From Macrostomum lignano (taxonomy: Eukaryota), in NCBI GenBank assembly GCA_002269645.1, contig NIVC01000352.1, positions 124,001-188,000 of the forward strand: 64,000 bases of DNA, read 5' to 3'. The notes under the pieces were generated by a model that saw nothing but the letters and a program-made list of their open reading frames with translations, had not been told where the DNA came from and searched no databases. This document shows positions 35,501 through 50,500 of the stretch, piece after piece (within the stretch, counting starts at the first letter, position 1; every line of letters starts with the position of its first letter). Both the position numbers and the translations under genes were made by a program.

Positions 35501-38500
35501 GACGCGCTGTTGGACTCCAGCATCGCAAACACCAGAGGCAGCAGATCTTCTCTGATGTCCTCGTCTGAGAGTTTGTCAACCAGAACATCAATGTGCTCGA
35601 CTATGACCAGACTGGTCTACAAGTTAATGGTACATAGCAAATGCCAATATTCAGAGAAGCAAAGGTAGGGCCAAGAGGTTTCTTGCTATCTAATTCCTAA
35701 GATGGAGTTTAGAGCCCCGACTTTGGAAAATGGCTCGCAAAATGACTTGAAGAATCAATACTTGCAAAGGTTCAGATGTTCTGTTTAGAAACGAGTGAAT
35801 TTTGAAAGACCCTGAGATAATCCACTAGTGGCCTCGCCATTTAATCAACAAGATCAAGGATGAGGAAAATTCAATAAAATCTGCAACCATTCACTGATTT
35901 ATGGGCAAAGCCTACTTATTGAAGGTAAAAATTAACGGTACCGTGCATACTTGAGCTACGCCAAAAATTTTGAAGGTGCCAAAACTGTTGAGCCTTCATG
36001 ACCTACATTTGTTCAAGCAAACGCGCACACAGAATCAGGCCGCACCTGAGCAGTCTTGGGCCGGCGCAGCAGCTCCAGCAGCGGCTCGCACAGGTGAGCA
36101 GCAAACTCAGCCCGAGTGGCCTGCACAACCGCCTGGAACAGGCAGGGCAGCACGAAGTGGGTGAGCTCAGCCGCCTGGTGCAGGTTCTCAACCAGCAGTG
36201 GCACCACCCGCTTAAGCAGAATAGCCTGCAAAGGTGAACGGAAGCTTGCAAAAAGTAATTGTTTGCAGGAGGGCTATGCACTACCATGGAGCGGGAGTCA
36301 GACGCGTTCACCTTGGAGCTGCTCTGTTCTCAGAAGGGGGGTCAGTCCTGCTCTGTTCTCAGAAGGGGGTTCAGTCCTGCTCTGTTCTCAGAAGGGGGGT
36401 TCAGTCCTGCTCTGTTCTCAGAAGGGGGATTCAGTCCTTCTCTGCTCTCAGAAGGGGGTTCAGTCCTGCTCTGTTCTCAGAAGGGGGGTTCAGTCCTGCT
36501 CTGCTCTCAGAAGGGGGGATTCAGTCCTGCTCTGTGCTCAGAAGGGGGGTTCAGTCCTGCTCTGTTCTCAGAAGGGGGATTCAGTCCTTCTCTGCTCTCA
36601 GAAGGGGGGTTCAGTCCTGCTCTGCTCTCAGAAGGGGGGTTCAGTCCTTCTCTGCTCTCAGAAGGGGGGTTCAGTCCTGCTCTGCTCTCAGAAGGAGGAT
36701 TCAATCTGTTCTGTGTTTTTTCAGAGATAATTGAATCAATAATACTCGCTGCTTGTGCCACGGTTTCAGCTGCAAAAAATTAAAATAGGCTGCCGCACTC
36801 AAGTCACCTGAAAGCGCTTGTTAAATTTCCGTCAGCTCATAAATGCAGCTCTAATTTTAGAGAAAAATTCATCGACAAATTTCAATTAATTAGTGATAGC
36901 CCAGTAAAAATTCACTGCCTGAAAAAGCAGCCTTCCTCCAGACTTCTGATGTCAAGCCTTTTGTCTGATTGTTTTGCATCGACTAGCGCCATCAATGACC
37001 CAGACTCATTCAGCCCCCGACTCTGCAAATCCAGTTTTAATTTGCATGATTGACAGGCTGGTTGGTTTAAACAGCTCAGTGTTGCCACCTTTCGTGAAAT
37101 CTCGGACAGGTTGTTTCCATCGAAAGAGCCAAAGCTGGCCGTAATCCGAGTCGGAAATCTGAGCAAATCCCGGGATGAATCTGTCACGAATTTCACTTCC
37201 GCGCCGATCTGCTTGAACCAAAACAAAAAATCAAGTCAAAAACAACCGGAGACAGGCATTAGTACTGGCGCATTGGGATGAGAAGCACATATACACCTGT
37301 AGCTCGGATAAAGGCTTTGGTTAGTCTTAAACAAGGGATGAAGGAAATCGTCAAGCGACCAAGGTTGAGAAGGGGGAACAGATTAAGGGAGAGAACTCAG
37401 CAGAGGAGAAAAGAACTCGGGTCAGGAGAAAACAGCTCAGGAGAGGAGAGAATTCAGGAGAAGAGGGAACTCAGGAGAGAAGAGAACTCAGGAGAAGAGA
37501 ACTAAAGAGAAGAGAACTCAGGAGAGAAGAGAACTCAGGAGAAGAGAACTCAGGAGAAGAGAACTTAGGAGAGAAGAGAACTCAGGAGAGAAGAGAACTC
37601 AGGAGAAGAGAACTCAAGAGAAGAGAACTCAGGAGAAGAGAACTCAAGAGAAGAGAACTCAGGAGAAGAGAACTTAGGAGAGAAGAGAAATCAGGAGAGA
37701 AGAGAACTCAGGAGAAGAGAACTCAGGAGAAGAGAACTTAGGAGAGAAGAGAACTCAGGAGAGAAGAGAACTCAGGAGAAGAGAACTCAAGAGAAGAGAA
37801 CTCAGGAGAGAAGAGAACTCAGGAGAAGAGAACTCAGGAGTGGAGAGGAGAGTTTAGGAGGAGAGGAGAAAACAACCCAGCAGAGGGGAAGAGAGCTCAG
37901 CAAAAATTCCTCAAGCTCAAATAAATGGGAATTGATCCCCTAAACAATGTCATATTCTCTATAGTAGACAGGTGAAACGGGCAACAGGCGAGCCCACTAA
38001 GATGTGTTCAACAATTGAAATTTCCTGACAATGCTTCCGCTAAATAAAAAGCCAATGATAAACAAAGTGAAAGGACAGTGTGGGAAAAACTATTATTTTG
38101 TGATTATTTTTATCTCCTCTCGCTCCCACTCCCAAACAGAAGTGAAGCAAAAAACGGTGCCAACCCCTTTTTTACCTTGGGAAACTGTTCCCGCATCATT
38201 GTTTGCATCAGCAGGCTGAAAAACTCCCTCTTCTGGTCCATTGTCTTTGCTTCGCAAGTGGAGAGGCCTTCCAGCGCCAGCAGCAGGGGGTCTTGAAAGT
38301 ACTTGATCTGCAATTCGAGTGCGGGTAATTGGTTAGCAATCGCCTTGCTAGTAAATTATCGAAAAATTTAAGTATAGAAAATTCCTAATAGACCAAATAT
38401 TGTTGTCGACTCCTTAAGTAGAGTACTGCAACTGGTAACATTGCTTACATTCTTTAATCTTTCACTTTTTTCATTTGCAGATTATGTTAGATTATAGAAC

Positions 38501-41500
38501 CGAGTTATACACTTTAGCCAATCAGCGACAAGGAGAGGATAAACGGGGTTAGACCCTTCAGCCAATCAGCGACGAGGAGGGTCTAAACGGGGCTTGGATC
38601 TTCAGCCAATCAGCGACGAGGAGAGGCTAAACAGGGCTTGAACCTTCAGCCAATCAGCGACGAAGCTAGACTAAAAGAGTTAGAGCCCAGTCATTTAGGT
38701 AAGAATCGATTAAGTTAAACAGGACCAATAATCTTCCGTCAAACAGCTTGCTCAAGGCAGCTGTCCTTAGCGCTTTCACTCACCTTGGAAAACAACTGCG
38801 CGGTGGGTCGGTGACGCGCCTCCCTGTCCAGCAGTTTCTCCACACTGTCGGCCAGTTCGTGGGGTAGCGCAGACAGCGCCTGGGGCAGAATTTTCGGCAG
38901 CTGCAGTGCGGCCAGTGACAGAAAGTCTGTTGAACTGCCTGCTGACACTATCTACTAGCAGTCTGCTGACACTACCTACTAGCAGCCTGCTGACACTACC
39001 TACTGGCAGCCTGCTGACACTACCTACTGGCAGCCTGCTGACACTACCTACTAGCAGCCTGCTGACACTACCTACTAGCAGCCAGCTGACACTACCTACT
39101 AGCAGCCTGCTGACACTACCTACTAGCAGCCAGCTGACACTACCTACTAGCAGCCTGCTGACACTACCTACTAGCAGCCTGCTGACACTACCTACTAGCA
39201 GCCAGCTGACACTACCTACTAGCAGCCTGCTGACACTACCTACTAGCAGCCTGCTGACACTACCTACTAGCAGCCTGCTGACACTACCTACTAGCAGCCT
39301 GCTGACACTACCTACTGGCAGCCTGCTGACACTACCTACTAGCAGCCTGTTGACACTACCTACTAGCAGCCAGCTGACACTTACCTACTGGCAGTCTGCT
39401 GACACTACCTACTGGCAGCCTGCTGACACTACCTACTAGCAGCCTGCTGACACTACCTACTAGCAGCCAGCTGACACTACCTACTAGCAGTCTGCTGACA
39501 CTACCTACTAGCAGCCTGCTGACACTACCTACTAGCAGCCTGCTGACGCTACCTACTAGCATTCTGCTGACACTACCTACTAGCAGCCTGCTGGCACTAC
39601 CTACTGGCAGTCTGCTGACACTACCTACTAGCAGCCTGCTGACACTACCTACTGGCAGCCTGCTGACACTACCTACTGGCAGCCTGCTGACACTACCTAC
39701 TAGCAGCCTGCTGACACTACCTACTGGCAGCCTGCTGACACTACCTACTAGCAGCCTGCTGACACTACCTACTAGCATTCTGCTGACACTACCTACTAGC
39801 AGCCTGCTGACACTACCTACTAGCAGCCTGCTGACACTACCTACTGGCAGCCTGCTGACACTACCTACTAGCAGCCTGCTGGCACTACCTACTGGCAGTC
39901 TGCTGGCACTACCTACTGGCAGTCTGCTGACACTATCTACTAGCAGCCTGCTGACACTACCTACTAGCAGCCAGCTGACACTACCTACTAGCAGCCTGCT
40001 GGCACTACCTACTGGCAGTCTGCTGACACTACCTACTAGCAGCCTGCTGACACTACCTACTGGCAGCCTGCTGACACTACCTACTGGCAGCCTGCTGACA
40101 CTACCTACTAGCAGCCTGCTGACACTACCTACTGGCAGCCTGCTGACACTACCTACTAGCATTCTGCTGACACTACCTACTAGCATTCTGCTGACACTAC
40201 CTACTAGCAGCCTGCTGACACTACCTACTAGCAGCCTGCTGACACTACCTACTAGCAGCCTGCTGACACTACCTACTAGCAGTCTGCTGACACTACCTAC
40301 TGGCAGCCTGCTGACACTACCTACTGGCAGCCTGCTGACACTACCTACTAGCAGCCTGCTGACACTACCTACTAGCAGCCTGCTGACACTACCTACTAGC
40401 AGCCAGCTGACACTACCTACTAGCAGCCTGCTGACACTACCTACTAGCATTCTGCTGACACTACCTACTAGCAGCCTGCTGACACTACCTACTAGCAGCC
40501 TGCTGACACTACCTACTAGCAGTCTGCTGACACTACCTACTAGCAGCCTGCTGACACTACCTACTGGCAGCCTGCTGACACTACCTACTGGCAGCCTGCT
40601 GACACTACCTACTGGCAGTCTGCTGACACTACCTAACAGCAGCCTGCTGACACTACCTACTAGCAGCCTGCTGACACTACCTACTAGCAGCCTGCTGACA
40701 CTACCTACTGGCAGCCTGCTGACACTACCTACTAGCAGCCTGCTGACACTACCTACTAGCAGCCTGCTGACACTACCTACTGGCAGCCTGCTGACACTAC
40801 CTACTGGCAGCCTGCTGACACTACCTACTAGCAGCCTGCTGACACTACCTACTGGCAGTCTGCTGACACTACCTACTGGCAGCCTGCTGACACTACCTAC
40901 TAGCAGCCTGCTGACACTACCTACTAGCAGTCTGCTGACACTACCTACTAGCAGCCTGCTGACACTACCTACTGGCAGCCTGCTGACACTACCTACTGGC
41001 AGCCTGCTGACACTACCTACTGGCAGCCTGCTGACTGTGAAGGAGTCGCCTACCTGCTAGCACTAGTACTGACACTGCTGACACTACCTACTAGCAGCCT
41101 GCTGACACTACCTACTAGCAGTCTGCTGACACTACCTACTGGCAGCCTGCTGACACTACCTACTGGCAGCCTGCTGACACTACCTACTGGCAGCCTGCTG
41201 ACACTACCTACTGGCAGCCTGCTGACACTACCTACTAGCAGCCTGCTGACTGTGAAGGAGTCGCCCGCAGAAATCGAGGATCAAAATCATAAATGGGGAT
41301 CAAGGAAAGGCAGCTGGGCTGCCAGAAAGCCCCTCCAGACATCGTCATCCTTCAATTTTCCTGCCTCCTTAAAAAAGCTCTAAAAACTGCTCCCTGATCC
41401 CCATAATCCCCATTTTTCGCCACTCGCAGGCATGTCCTTTGTTGATGTCGATAAACCCGGGCAGCTCTGTTTAATTAAAGATCCCCGACTAAGACTCCTA

Positions 41501-44500
41501 TCTATCTCCTTAGAATCGCCATATCCCCGTCCGTCGTTCTCCCTCTTTAATTTTCGAGTCCCTCATCTTTCTCGACTCTCAAGCTGCTCAGCTGGATTCC
41601 CTGCTTTCTGGGAAATACTATTAGAAGCCGATAGCTGAGAGACTGGAGGTTTAAAAAAGGCCCAGTCAGGCCTCTTTGCTCAACTGTGAGATTGGAAAAC
41701 GCAGAGATGGAGAGAACGGCGAGGACATCTGCCCTGCCCCAATGCAGCAGCGCGAGATAAGTGCTTTTAAATGCTCTGAAAGCTGCCATTTGCTAAGTGC
41801 CCGGCCCATCTCAAATAGAGGCGTACGAATTTATCAATGCATAGGAATATTAATTAATCAGGCTAATGAGATGCTGATACTAGCTGCCCAAATTGCTAAT
41901 CGATAAACACTATCCGTTAATCGATAAACACTATCAGTTAATCGATAAACACTATCCGTTAATAGATAAGCACTATCCGTTAATCGATAAATACCATCCG
42001 TTAATAGATAAACACTATCCGTTAATAGATAAACACTGTCCGTTAATCGATAAACACCATTCGCTAATCAATAAACACTATCCGTTAATAGATAAACACT
42101 GTCCGTTAATCGATAAACACTATCCGTTAATCGATAAACACTATCCGTTAATAGATAAACACTATCCGTTAATCGATAAACACCATTCGCTAATCAATAA
42201 ACACTATCCGTTAATAGATAAACACTATCCGTTAATCGATAAACACTATCCGTTAATCGATAAACACTATCCGTTAATTGATAAACACTATCCGTTAATA
42301 GATAAACACTATCCGTTAATAGATAAACACTATCCGTTAATTGATAAACACTATCCGTTAATAGATAAACACTATCCGTTAATCGATAAACACTATCCGT
42401 TAATAGATAAACACTATCCGTTAATCGATAAACACTATCCGTTAATCGATAAACACCATTCGCTAATCGATAAACTACATTTGATACTGGACAATCACCG
42501 ATCGCTACTCCGACTCCGTAAGCCCTAATCCATGCACAATAACCCGAAAATCTCAATCTGATAAACTCCAATCACCTCCGCAATCCTTCGCTGGTAATTC
42601 TGCGCATTCCGCTGCGACTCCAGCAAAGAGACGCCGGCATTGAACACGGCGTGAATGACCAGACCAAAGGAGAACATGTCACAGGCCTGAGTAGCCCTGC
42701 CGTGCAACTGCAAGTCGGGAGCCATGAAGTCTAGATCCGGCTGAGCCATCTTCGACACCTTGGCCGACCATTGGGTGTAATTGTAGGCGTCCTGGTGAGG
42801 GCGATTATGGGGAAGTTGTACTTTGTGTTTGAATTGATCACAAAAATTAAGTAGAAAATAATTTTGATAAGACTCGATCGCAATGTGCAAAGTGTCCAGC
42901 AGACTCTCCCATCCTGGTTCGATTCGATTCATTTGGGGCTTTGAAAACGAAATCTTTCCGGGGGTAATCGTGCGATGAGCCCCACCCCCCCCCCCCAAAG
43001 CACAGAGAAAGTCAGGGCCGCTGTACACCCTATGTGAGTGTCTGTGAGTGCATGCCAGAGTGCAGTATTGGCGCGCTTGCATGTGTGCTCAGGAGTCAGC
43101 GGAACGGGCAGAATTGCCGTCAGAGCTGGTTGTGGGACCGATGTTCTCCAGGGTGCCCACGGCTTTCCTGCGAATGCTGTTCTTATATCGTATTAGCCTC
43201 AGTGTAGTTGTATCCTCCACCTTCAATTCATAATCAGCCAACATGCTAACTTTCTAGGTCAATATATAAGTACGAGCCGTACCTGAGGGAGGTTTTACAA
43301 CGGACCCTTTGGGCTCATAAAACTCGATCGAGTTGTACTTATAATAGACAGAAGAATAGTGGCACGAACTCTGCAGAATCCCAAGCCCTGACTAACAGAG
43401 GCGGAGTCGCGCTTTGTGTTCGCAGTTTTTTCTACGCTATTCATTCTCGAGCACGTGGGCTCGGCCTGAAAATCCCTGCGGAAGCCGGCTTGTAACGGGC
43501 CAATTACTGGCCTTGTCGGCCTGACGAAGCCTTTCATTGCAAAAGTGCAAAGTCGCCCTGCCGGGAACCGTTTAAGCCAGCTGGAGGCTTCCGCATTCTG
43601 TGCGTGCTATGCCAGGCCTCGCGCTATGAGATGCACTTTACACTGTGCCGACGTCTGCAACCCCTGCCCTCTGTGTACTGCCGCTCGCTCTCATGTGATA
43701 GAAGACTCGGGTCTGATTCCTTAGGTTTACATATCAATAGTTCATTTTTGAGTTCGGCGATGGACTTTGAATGCGCAATTAACGTCAAGATGACGCCAAT
43801 GCCAACCATTTGAGGGACAGGAATAAAAAGTTGTGTGCACTCTGTCTTATTGCGTAAGTACGAGGTAGTTATTCTCATTCAAGACAGAATCACCCGTTCT
43901 CACGTGAGTTTCTGGAGATTTTTCCACAAAGCCGAGGCCGGAGAGTTTCCAGCAGCCGCGCTTGGTGACAATAATGGAGAAGAGGCTGAGATTGCCATGG
44001 ATCACGCGTTGGGTGAAGTGCAGGTACTTCAGTGCTTCGTTGATCTGCAAAAATCGTTTTCTGTGGCTCAAAACGCGTGTACCAGGGATCCTGACCAGAC
44101 CAATCAGACACAATGATGACGTAATAATCAGACACAATGATGACGTAATAATCAGACACAATGATGACCCAATAATCAGACACAATGATGACCCAATAAT
44201 CAGACACAATGATGACCCAATAATCAGACACAATGATGACCCAATAATCAGACACAATGATGACCCAATAATCAGACACAATGATGACCCAATAATCAGA
44301 CACAATGATGACCCAATAATCAGACACAATGATGACCCAATAATCAGACACAATGATGACCCAATAATCAGACACAATGATGACCCAATAATCAGACACA
44401 ATGATGACATAATAATTATTCACAAGGACAGCCCGATCAGACGCAATGATGACCTATCAATCAGACACAATGACAGACTGATGACGCAGGGACAGACTGA

Positions 44501-47500
44501 TCAGACACAAGGACAGACCGATCAGACACAAGGCCAGACCGATCAGACACAAGGCCAGACCGATCAGACACAAGGCCAGACCGATCAGACACAAGGCCAG
44601 ACCGATCAGACACACGGACACACCGATCAGACACAAGGACAGACCGATCAGACACACGGACACACCGATCAGACACAAGGACAGACCGATCAGACACAAG
44701 GACAGACCGATCAGACACAAGGACAGACCGATCAGACACAAGGACAGACCGATCAGACACAAGGACAGACCGATCAGACACAAGGCCAGACCGATTAGAC
44801 ACAAGGATAGACCGAGCAGACACAAGGCCAGACCGATCAGACACAAGGACAGACCGATCAGACACAAGGACAAACCGATCAGACACAAGGACAGACCGAT
44901 CAGACACAAGGACAGACCGATCAGACACACGGACACACCGATCAGACACAAGGACAGACCGATCAGACACAAGGCCAGACCGATAAGACACAAGGACAGA
45001 CCGATCAGACACAAGGACAGACCGATCAGACATAAGGCCAGTGGCACAAACCTGATAGATTCCTTGCTTGATCTCTAGCTCGCCAGAGAAGCCCTCCTGC
45101 AACGGTGGCCGAAGTTGGGGCACTGTAAAGCTGCAATCACGATGCGGACTTGAGACGCAGTCACTCACCTTGATTTCCTGCGGCACGCTGGGCACTCTGT
45201 CGCAGTTTCCCAGAAAGTTGGCCAGGCTGCCCCAGACGGGCTCGGTGGCGAACGCCAGGCTGTCCCTGCGGTGCGCATCGAAGGGGAATCGGGGAGTGAC
45301 GACTCGATCAGTCAGCCGGTTTACTTTAGTTTGCACGCTTCGGTAACCGAAAACCGAGTGAGCAACAAAGGATTGCGTGACACCGAGTTTCGAGTTAACA
45401 AAAGAAACGACAATCATCTCGATAGTTAGTGATGTGGAAATCATTTTTTTCTAAAGTTAGGAGAAAATTGAAACACGCTTTCAGATGCCATGACTTGACG
45501 TTGTTCAATGGGCAGATGTGCAACCGACAGCTCAGCCGCAGCTATTGCGCGGCGCATCTGAAGGCTGCTACGGCTGTACAGTCCAAGGACTGTCGGGTCG
45601 CCACACACAGCCTCAATTACCCCAGCTAATGCTGGCACCCATTTTACAACTGTGTGAACTGAAGCAATGCAGAGTTATAAGTGCCTTGCTCAAGGACACA
45701 AATTGTTCTGAGTAGATCGAGAATCGAACCCCCGACCTTCCAGTCGTGAGTCCGACGCTCTAAACACTAGGCTACAACCCTCAACCAACAAACGTGGAGA
45801 GTAGTGTCTGGGATAGCCGATTGTAGGTATTACCTTGTCCTATACCGGTATACGAGCTCTTGAGGGCTCACCCCCCGGGGAGCAAAGTGCCTGACAAGTG
45901 AGAATGGCAGAGCCCTGTCACCCTGTGCAAGCTGTAGCAGTGTGCACCGGTGTGTGAGTGTTCTCAGACCCGCACCAGGGGAGGCAAGGAAGGGGGGCAT
46001 TTTAAACCCGGAACATCACAAACCCGAAATATCAGAACTCTGTAAACCAAAATACCGTTGGGCAACTTTCGGAGTTATGATATTCCGGTATTGTGATATT
46101 TCGGGTTTATGATATTCCGGTTTTGTGATATTTCGGGTTTATGATATTCCTGGTTTATGATTTCCGGGTTTATGATATTCCGGGTTTATGATATTCCGGG
46201 TTAATGATATTCCGGGTTTATGATTTCCGGATTTATGATATTTTAGGTTTGTGATATTCCGGGTTTATGATGGGAAGTACTTTCGGAGTTGTGATTTTTC
46301 GGGTTTGTGATTTTTCGGGTTTGTGATGGCAACCCGCCGGAGTGCCCCTAATAAGCTGTAAAAGATGATGGCGCCCCCTTCTCAGCAGTAGTGGTGCCCC
46401 TGGTTCCTCAACAACTACTTTGACACCAACGAGGTCTGGCGCCTCTGGTGCTGGCGGCCCCAGTCGCAATTCCAGACAATGTCATAGGGGGGGGGGGGTA
46501 AGTTTTAATACCCAGAATTGTCGCTGCACAGTCAGGGTGATTATCAACCGGGGAAAATATGGGTAGAAAAGGTTAAACAAAAAAGCTTACAACGCCAGGC
46601 ATAGATGCATGAGCTCGGATAAAAAAGTGTGCAGGTCTTCATCTACCTGAATACAGCTTCACCCACTCTCCTTTTCGCAGAGAGCTCCATTAGGAATGAG
46701 GTCTTATGTTTATTAGAGACCTGCCTGTCTGCCTGCCCGCCTGTCTAATTGCAGCCTGTGTTTGTCAGCGATTAACCCAGCAGCCCTTCCCGCGCTTCTG
46801 CTCTCAGGACAGCAGCTGACATCGGCATATGGAAAATGCCATAGAAGGCATTGAGAAGACAGCGAGGCTGGGAATAATGAGAGACGCTGCATCCTTTTGT
46901 CTTTGTATCTACCCTGTATTTAGAGTAGCCTAATATCCCCTAAATTCGCTGCATGTCGAATCAAAATTAATTCATAATTTCAAAAATTCGAGTACTGAAT
47001 TCCCAATTATCTCACCTACTGAACTTGCAAATCTCAATTACATGTACGAGTCAAATACAGTCTAAAGACAATGCTAGACTAGATTAGAACTAGTCTAGAC
47101 TAGACTAGACTGGACTAGACTAGACTGGACTAGACTAGACTAGACTAGGCTAGACTAGACGTCAACTAGACTAGATTAGAACTAGTCTAGACTAAACTGG
47201 ACTGGACTAGACTAGACTGGACTAGACTAGACTGGACTAGACTAGACTAGGCTAGACTAGACATCAACTAGACTAGACATCAACTAGACTAGATTAGAAC
47301 TAGTCTAGACTAAACTGGACTAGACTAGACTAGACTGGACTAGACTAGACTAGGCTAGACTAGACGTCAACTAGACTAGATTAGAAGTAGACTACAGGCG
47401 TAGACTAGATTTCTAATCCGATTGGATTTGACTTGAAATTCCGACTGAAAAAATCCTGCGGGAAATTCTCGTGCTCCCGACAAAGCACCTGCTTGCTGCA

Positions 47501-50500
47501 TTTGCAATCCGGAAGTCCAGCCGGTGAGATATTGGGAATTAAAAAAACCTGAAATCTTCTCATCTCGCTAATGCGAGCGGCCAGCGAAATCTGCGTGACT
47601 TGCAAGTACAGCGTCCGTCTGCTTCAGCTGTCAATGGACCTGCACTTTACCTCGTTCATTCAGACATCGCTGTCCAGGATCGCCCGCTCCGAATTTAATC
47701 TCTTAGTCAGCAAGCAGAAAGCACCCAATGACTCCGACCCCGTGCCTACCGCTTTCCATCTGCCTGTTAGCGTTCAGCCACCTGTTGGAGCCACTCGGGT
47801 CGGGGGGCGGGGGGGGGCAGAGATTCTTTATCTCGCTTCAGCCTCTGAGCCGGCGGGCATCCTTGAGCTGAGCTTAGGCTTAGGCAAGATTAGAAAAAAA
47901 CACAGACTTTGAGGAAAAGTAAGGATGCATGATTGCGGCTTCCGAAGGGTACTTTTATAGGGGTAAAAACACCTGAAAAAACTCCGCAGCTGGGTACTCG
48001 ATCACGCGTCTAAACTCATTCTGCTAATGCTCACCCGGACTCTTCAATCGGGTGCCAGATTTGCAACAGTTTCGGATGCCGGAATCTCTCCAGGTATCTG
48101 ACTTCCCGCCTGAGTATCTCGGACACTGTTTCCTTTCGTTTCGGCTTGTGCAACTTGTCGGCCGTTCGCTTGTCAAAGATGAACAAGGAGCATTCCTGGA
48201 GGTAATAAATCGTGCTTAAGGAATTAATATTAATAAGCCTTTAGTACTAAAAGTGTAACGTAAGTACATTTCGTTCGGGGGTCAGCACAGGTAGGTCTTC
48301 TTTATGTGTTAAGAAGTCTTTACACAAAATTCATGTACGAGTACCGAGACCAAAAAAAATAATTTAAACTTCGCTTCCAGATGGCCCTAAAGAATATTTT
48401 ACCAAGGTCGCACCACCTTTGTTATACATGGACAGCAGAACGCTATCCAGTTGTTCACAGCTCTGTCAGCTGTCAGAGACCGTACGGACAGTGCCACCGC
48501 TCTCTCATCCAGTTGTTCACAGCTCTGTCAGCTGTCAGAGACCGTACGGACAGTGCCACCGCTCTCTCATCCAGTTGTTCACAGCTCTGTCAGCTGTCAG
48601 AGACCGTACGGACAGCGTCACCGCTCTCTCATCCAGTTGTTCACAGCTCTGTCAGCTGTCAGAGACCGTACGGACAGTGCCACCGCTCTCTCATCCAGTT
48701 GTTCACAGCTCTGTCAGCTGTCAGAGACCGTACAGACAGTGCCACCGCTCTCTCATCCAGTTGCTCACAGCTCTGTCAGCTGTCAGAGACCGTACGGACA
48801 GTGCCACCGCTCTCTCATCCAGTTGTTCACAGCTCTGTCAGCTGTCAGAGACCGTACGGACAGTGCCACCGCTCTCTCATCCAGTTGTTCACAGCTCTGT
48901 CAGCTGTCAGAGACCGTACGGACAGCGTCACCGCTCTCTCATCCAGTTGTTCACAGCTCTGTCAGCTGTCAGAGACCGTACGGACAGTGCCACCGCTCTC
49001 TCATCCAGTTGTTCACAGCTCTGTCAGCTGTCAGAGACCGTACAGACAGTGCCACCGCTCTCTCATCCAGCCGTTTTGTTCTTTGCAAGCCAGACTCTTG
49101 CTGATAAAAGACGAAATTCGGTTTGAAATTGATGCCACAAAATGCGAGAAAATTTGTTTCTAAACTATTTTTTCGGAGCTCAAAGCAGCCGAGATGGAGG
49201 GAGCTGAGATAGATTTGCTTCTATCAAGTCGAAAAAACCGAGGCGCTAAACAGTTTAGCAGACCAGAAACTACTTTAGCAGCAAAAATCCCCAAAACTCC
49301 ACTCAGTTTGCAATGCTACAGAGATGCTATTGAGTCCGATTTCGGAGCAATGGAAAGTGCAAGCGAAGGGCAAATGCAGAGCGCTGACTTCCCTATTTTA
49401 TTTTGACTTCATCCCCCTGGGCTGATTATAGAACCGATGACTTGAACGTCTTCCTGTTTCCGCACAGGATCCCCCAAAATCATTTCATTTCTGCGCGCGG
49501 TTGCCGCAACCTCTTCCGGTCGGACCTGAGCTCTCCTAGGGGGCCAGGATTTCCCATGTTTTTTATTGATTCCTCCCTTTGACTTTGGCCACTGCCGTTC
49601 ATTACAGCTTAGCAGTAGCAACTGACTGTACAGGAATACAGTGAAAGAGGCCAATAAAGAACAAAGTCTTTCTTTGCAGCTGCAGATCGGTCCCTTTTTG
49701 AATAGACAAGGAAATTAATTGAATCTTTGAAGAATCGGAAAGCTGCAGCACACACACAGAGAAGAGGCTGGGAAATCTCCATTGATTAAAAATCAGACAC
49801 ACACCGGCTCGCCCCGTCAGGAGGGTCCTCGCAAAAAAGCAAGTCTCGCTACACTAGAGGATAATTCCTGAAATTCATATAGGTGGAAAATCTTGTGGCA
49901 GATAGACACGAGAATTCTATTCCTCAAGCCAGAAGGAGAGGATAACAGTCTTGTCGCTGGGGAGCAAGCGGCCCGACTCCGTCTGATTGGACACGCCGCA
50001 ATTAATTAATACGACGGCTGATTGCAGCCAGGAGCCCGCAGGGGATCGCCGTGTTTGTGCCACCCTAATCAGTGCGGCTGGCAACTCAAGAAAGCTGACC
50101 GCTGGTCCCGCTGCCGATGTCTGCCTCTTTCGCTGGGGGGGGGGAACTTTTCAATTTTTACTTGCTCGACTGCCAAAATGAGGAAGCGTGATTAATCAGC
50201 GTCCGATGTGACTTGTCAGTGTCCTTCTTCACTTTGGTTCAATTGCTTAGAACTGAAATTCTATTGTTCAATACAAATTCTTCCCACAAGCACCTACACT
50301 TTAATACGCAATCACTTGCTTCGCCTAATCTTTTATAAAATTTCCTTTCAAATCTTAGATAATAGTTAAAAATGCTCTAGGGTAAGGGCTCTAGGGTCAG
50401 GGTTCTAGGGTAAGGGTTCTAGGGTAAGGGCTCTCGAGAAAGGGTTCTAGGGTAAATGCTCTAGGGTAAGGGCTCTAGGGTAAGGGCTCTCGAGAAAGGG

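Noticed and set aside
38930-41250. CRISPR-like appearance of regular 21-62-bp repeats
   Set aside because: Units are head-to-tail with no unique spacers, there are no cas genes, and the context is eukaryotic.
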